This document shows, one piece after another, positions 61,601 through 64,000 of a stretch of 64,000 nt of DNA. The notes under the pieces were generated by a model. The model did not search any database and was not told where the DNA came from. It was given only the letters and a program-made list of their open reading frames with translations. Every line of letters begins with the position of its first letter. Position 1 is the stretch's first letter. The stretch is from Antedon mediterranea (Eukaryota > Animalia > Echinodermata): contig NC_092679.1 of NCBI RefSeq assembly GCF_964355755.1, positions 19,203,432-19,267,431 of the forward strand. Reading direction: 5' to 3'. A program made the position numbers and the translations under genes.

Positions 61601-64000
61601 TAAGAATGATTTGGGAGATGCTGTATCTTCCAATTATAAATTTGTTCAAGGTTTTTTTAACTAGCATTAATGTCAGATCCATTCATAGAAGAAAATCTAT
61701 CTGACGGATAGATTGGACCAGAGATCACCTGACCACTTTTAAGTTTGAATTGAAATATTTTTTTTGGTAATACAATACTGTACAGTAAATACTATCATAA
61801 TATACGATATATTTTTAGTTGCGTTTCTATAATTTTAAATTCGGAAAGGTTGCAAATAGGCCTAGATGCAAATTGCCACTGTTACAAAAAGTGAAACATC
61901 AATAAAATAACAGTATTTGTGGTCTGTAAAGTCCATATAAAGGATACAATATACCTGCTACAGACTGTTTGGCGTGTTGGCTGGTCCGCCTCTGCAAATT
62001 CCCTTGCGTAATTATTTAATCATTGTTACAATATCTATTGATTTTCTTACAACAAACAAGTCATTTTCGTCATGATCAAGATAATCTAGAAATTAAATCC
62101 TATGTTTTGTAACCCTTTGAACCATTTAGTCCCAAAGGGATGCAACTGTATACCATGTACAAACACAAATTAAGATTTTAAATGCTTATTTTTATCAGTG
62201 GTATTTAGGTAGGTATGTCTTTGGATTTTACCGATTTCTAAAACTGCGATTCATCTCAATAATTATGATGGTTTTTCATTTAAAAACATCATTAAAAACA
62301 ACATTACATTTAATAAAATCATCAAAGTAAATGTTAATATTGTCTTACCAATTCTTGGAAATTATCCCAGAATTAATTAAAGTCATACTTAGTAAGATAA
62401 AGCACTTTATAGAAATAGTTCACTGTCCTTTGACAGTGCCTCCCATGTGGTCAAACGATGAAAGAAAAACCGAAATAGATGGCGCCTCTATTCCAAGTCT
62501 TTCAGATGACATGACAATTTAGCATTGTTTGGAGACGCGCCAACGAGGGCGGCTATCAACGGCACTTAACATTCGTCATTGTATTACTTTTTCTTTGCTT
62601 TGTACTGGCAGAGCTGTAACCAAAATATGCAGCATAAGCATGACTTTATAATATAGGTAAATTGATGCATGCTGTGTGGATGGTGAAATGGTGTTTGGTG
62701 CAATGCTGTGCTATTGAATGCGGCCATAGCCTGAAATATGAAATGTGTAAAAAACAAACAATGATTTGACATTGGTTAATAGTGTCAGACTCTGCCTTGG
62801 TAATGATTTTGAGAGGCTAATTGGGCATCTTATGTTACAGATCCTGGCAATTACCTCCTACCGTTTCAGTTAAAATTAATCATTTTGATGTAGCCAGTTA
62901 TTGTATCGTCAATTTCATTTATATTCAATTTAAAGTTATAATACTTGATAGAAAGGTAGTCTACCTTAAAATTTGAATTATTTTTTTCAAATTTTATTTT
63001 GTGAAGGTCTCTTTTGTTTTAAGGATTATTATCATATCAAATTTTTTAATTTTAAAAATAAGTTTGTCAATCAATCAATCAATCAATAATTATGCTCTTA
63101 TCATAATATTAAATGAAATTAAGAATGACAATTTATCCATATTATTATTATTATATTTATTTTAATATATTTCACAACTTACACAGTAAAACCATTCCTT
63201 TAGGCCATTCCTATTCAGGGGACATCCCATGAAGATAGGGGAAACAATGGTATGTTTTAACACTGGCAACAATTCTATTGGACTCATTTGTTTGGTCCTA
63301 TTAAGGAGTCCCTTTAATAGGTGTTATACTGTAGTTGTAGTAAATTTGTGTATAAAAAAAAAAGAAGGCTAGTCTGTCTTAAGATTTTATATAAATTTAA
63401 TAGGTCTATGATCGCGAGATCAGATCTAGACTAAGAAAGAAATCAGAATTATTACAAAATATGTACTGATCTGTTAATAATTCCTAAATCAGGAAGATCA
63501 AGGTTAAAGGTATGTATTTTGTAGATAAAAATAAATATAAAAATTATGAAAACAATCTGGTGTTTTTTTCCATTTAGTTATTTCTATAAATACATAAAAA
63601 ATATTATGCAAGATGATTTTATTTTTAAACATAAAAATAGCAAACATCATAATAAATTGATTAGTCAGAATATAAGATATGATCTGATTTTTTTTTATAA
63701 TTAGTAACAAATATCTAAATAAAAAATAGTGGCTAAGAAAAAGAGGAAATTTAAAACAGGAAGCTGTAAATAATGATTATTGTTTCATTGATTAATTTTT
63801 AGTTTTAGTTTAGATGTCATTTAATTTTATATAACACAAATGTCTCTATGCACTCGCTTTGCAAACAAGTCAAATTAACAAACACATAAAAAAGACTAAT
63901 AATAATCCACGTAACAATTGAGTTGTTGTTCCCTCTCTACAGTATATCTGAATGTAGCTCAGACAATTTTTTGTTCCCTTATCAATTATCTGAAATGTTA

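Overview
AT-rich, intron-containing animal genomic DNA, probably a marine invertebrate (inference from composition and repeat types; the species cannot be read from sequence). By joining GT-AG exons by hand I find five protein-coding genes: (1) codanin-1 (CDAN1; +, 17 exons, 5' end outside the window); (2) a flavin-containing monooxygenase (+, 4 coding exons); (3) a neuroendocrine 7B2/secretogranin-V gene (SCG5; -, 7 short coding exons, absent from the ORF track); (4) gremlin (+, one coding exon); (5) the last five exons of an FMN/Cappuccino-class formin (-). The main result is the SCG5-GREM-FMN neighbourhood, which matches human SCG5-GREM1-FMN1. The 7B2 here is unusual: it has two VAKKSP convertase-inhibitor motifs and an extra Cys-rich exon. 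Non-coding DNA includes a 3-kb hairpin satellite, an IS3EU-like foldback element with a 6-bp TSD, tiny CATGG..CCATG footprints with 7-bp duplications, several MITE and SINE families, and minisatellites. No CRISPR array, rRNA or convincing tRNA. All coordinates were counted by hand; repeat boundaries are approximate and family assignments come from recalled motifs, not database searches.
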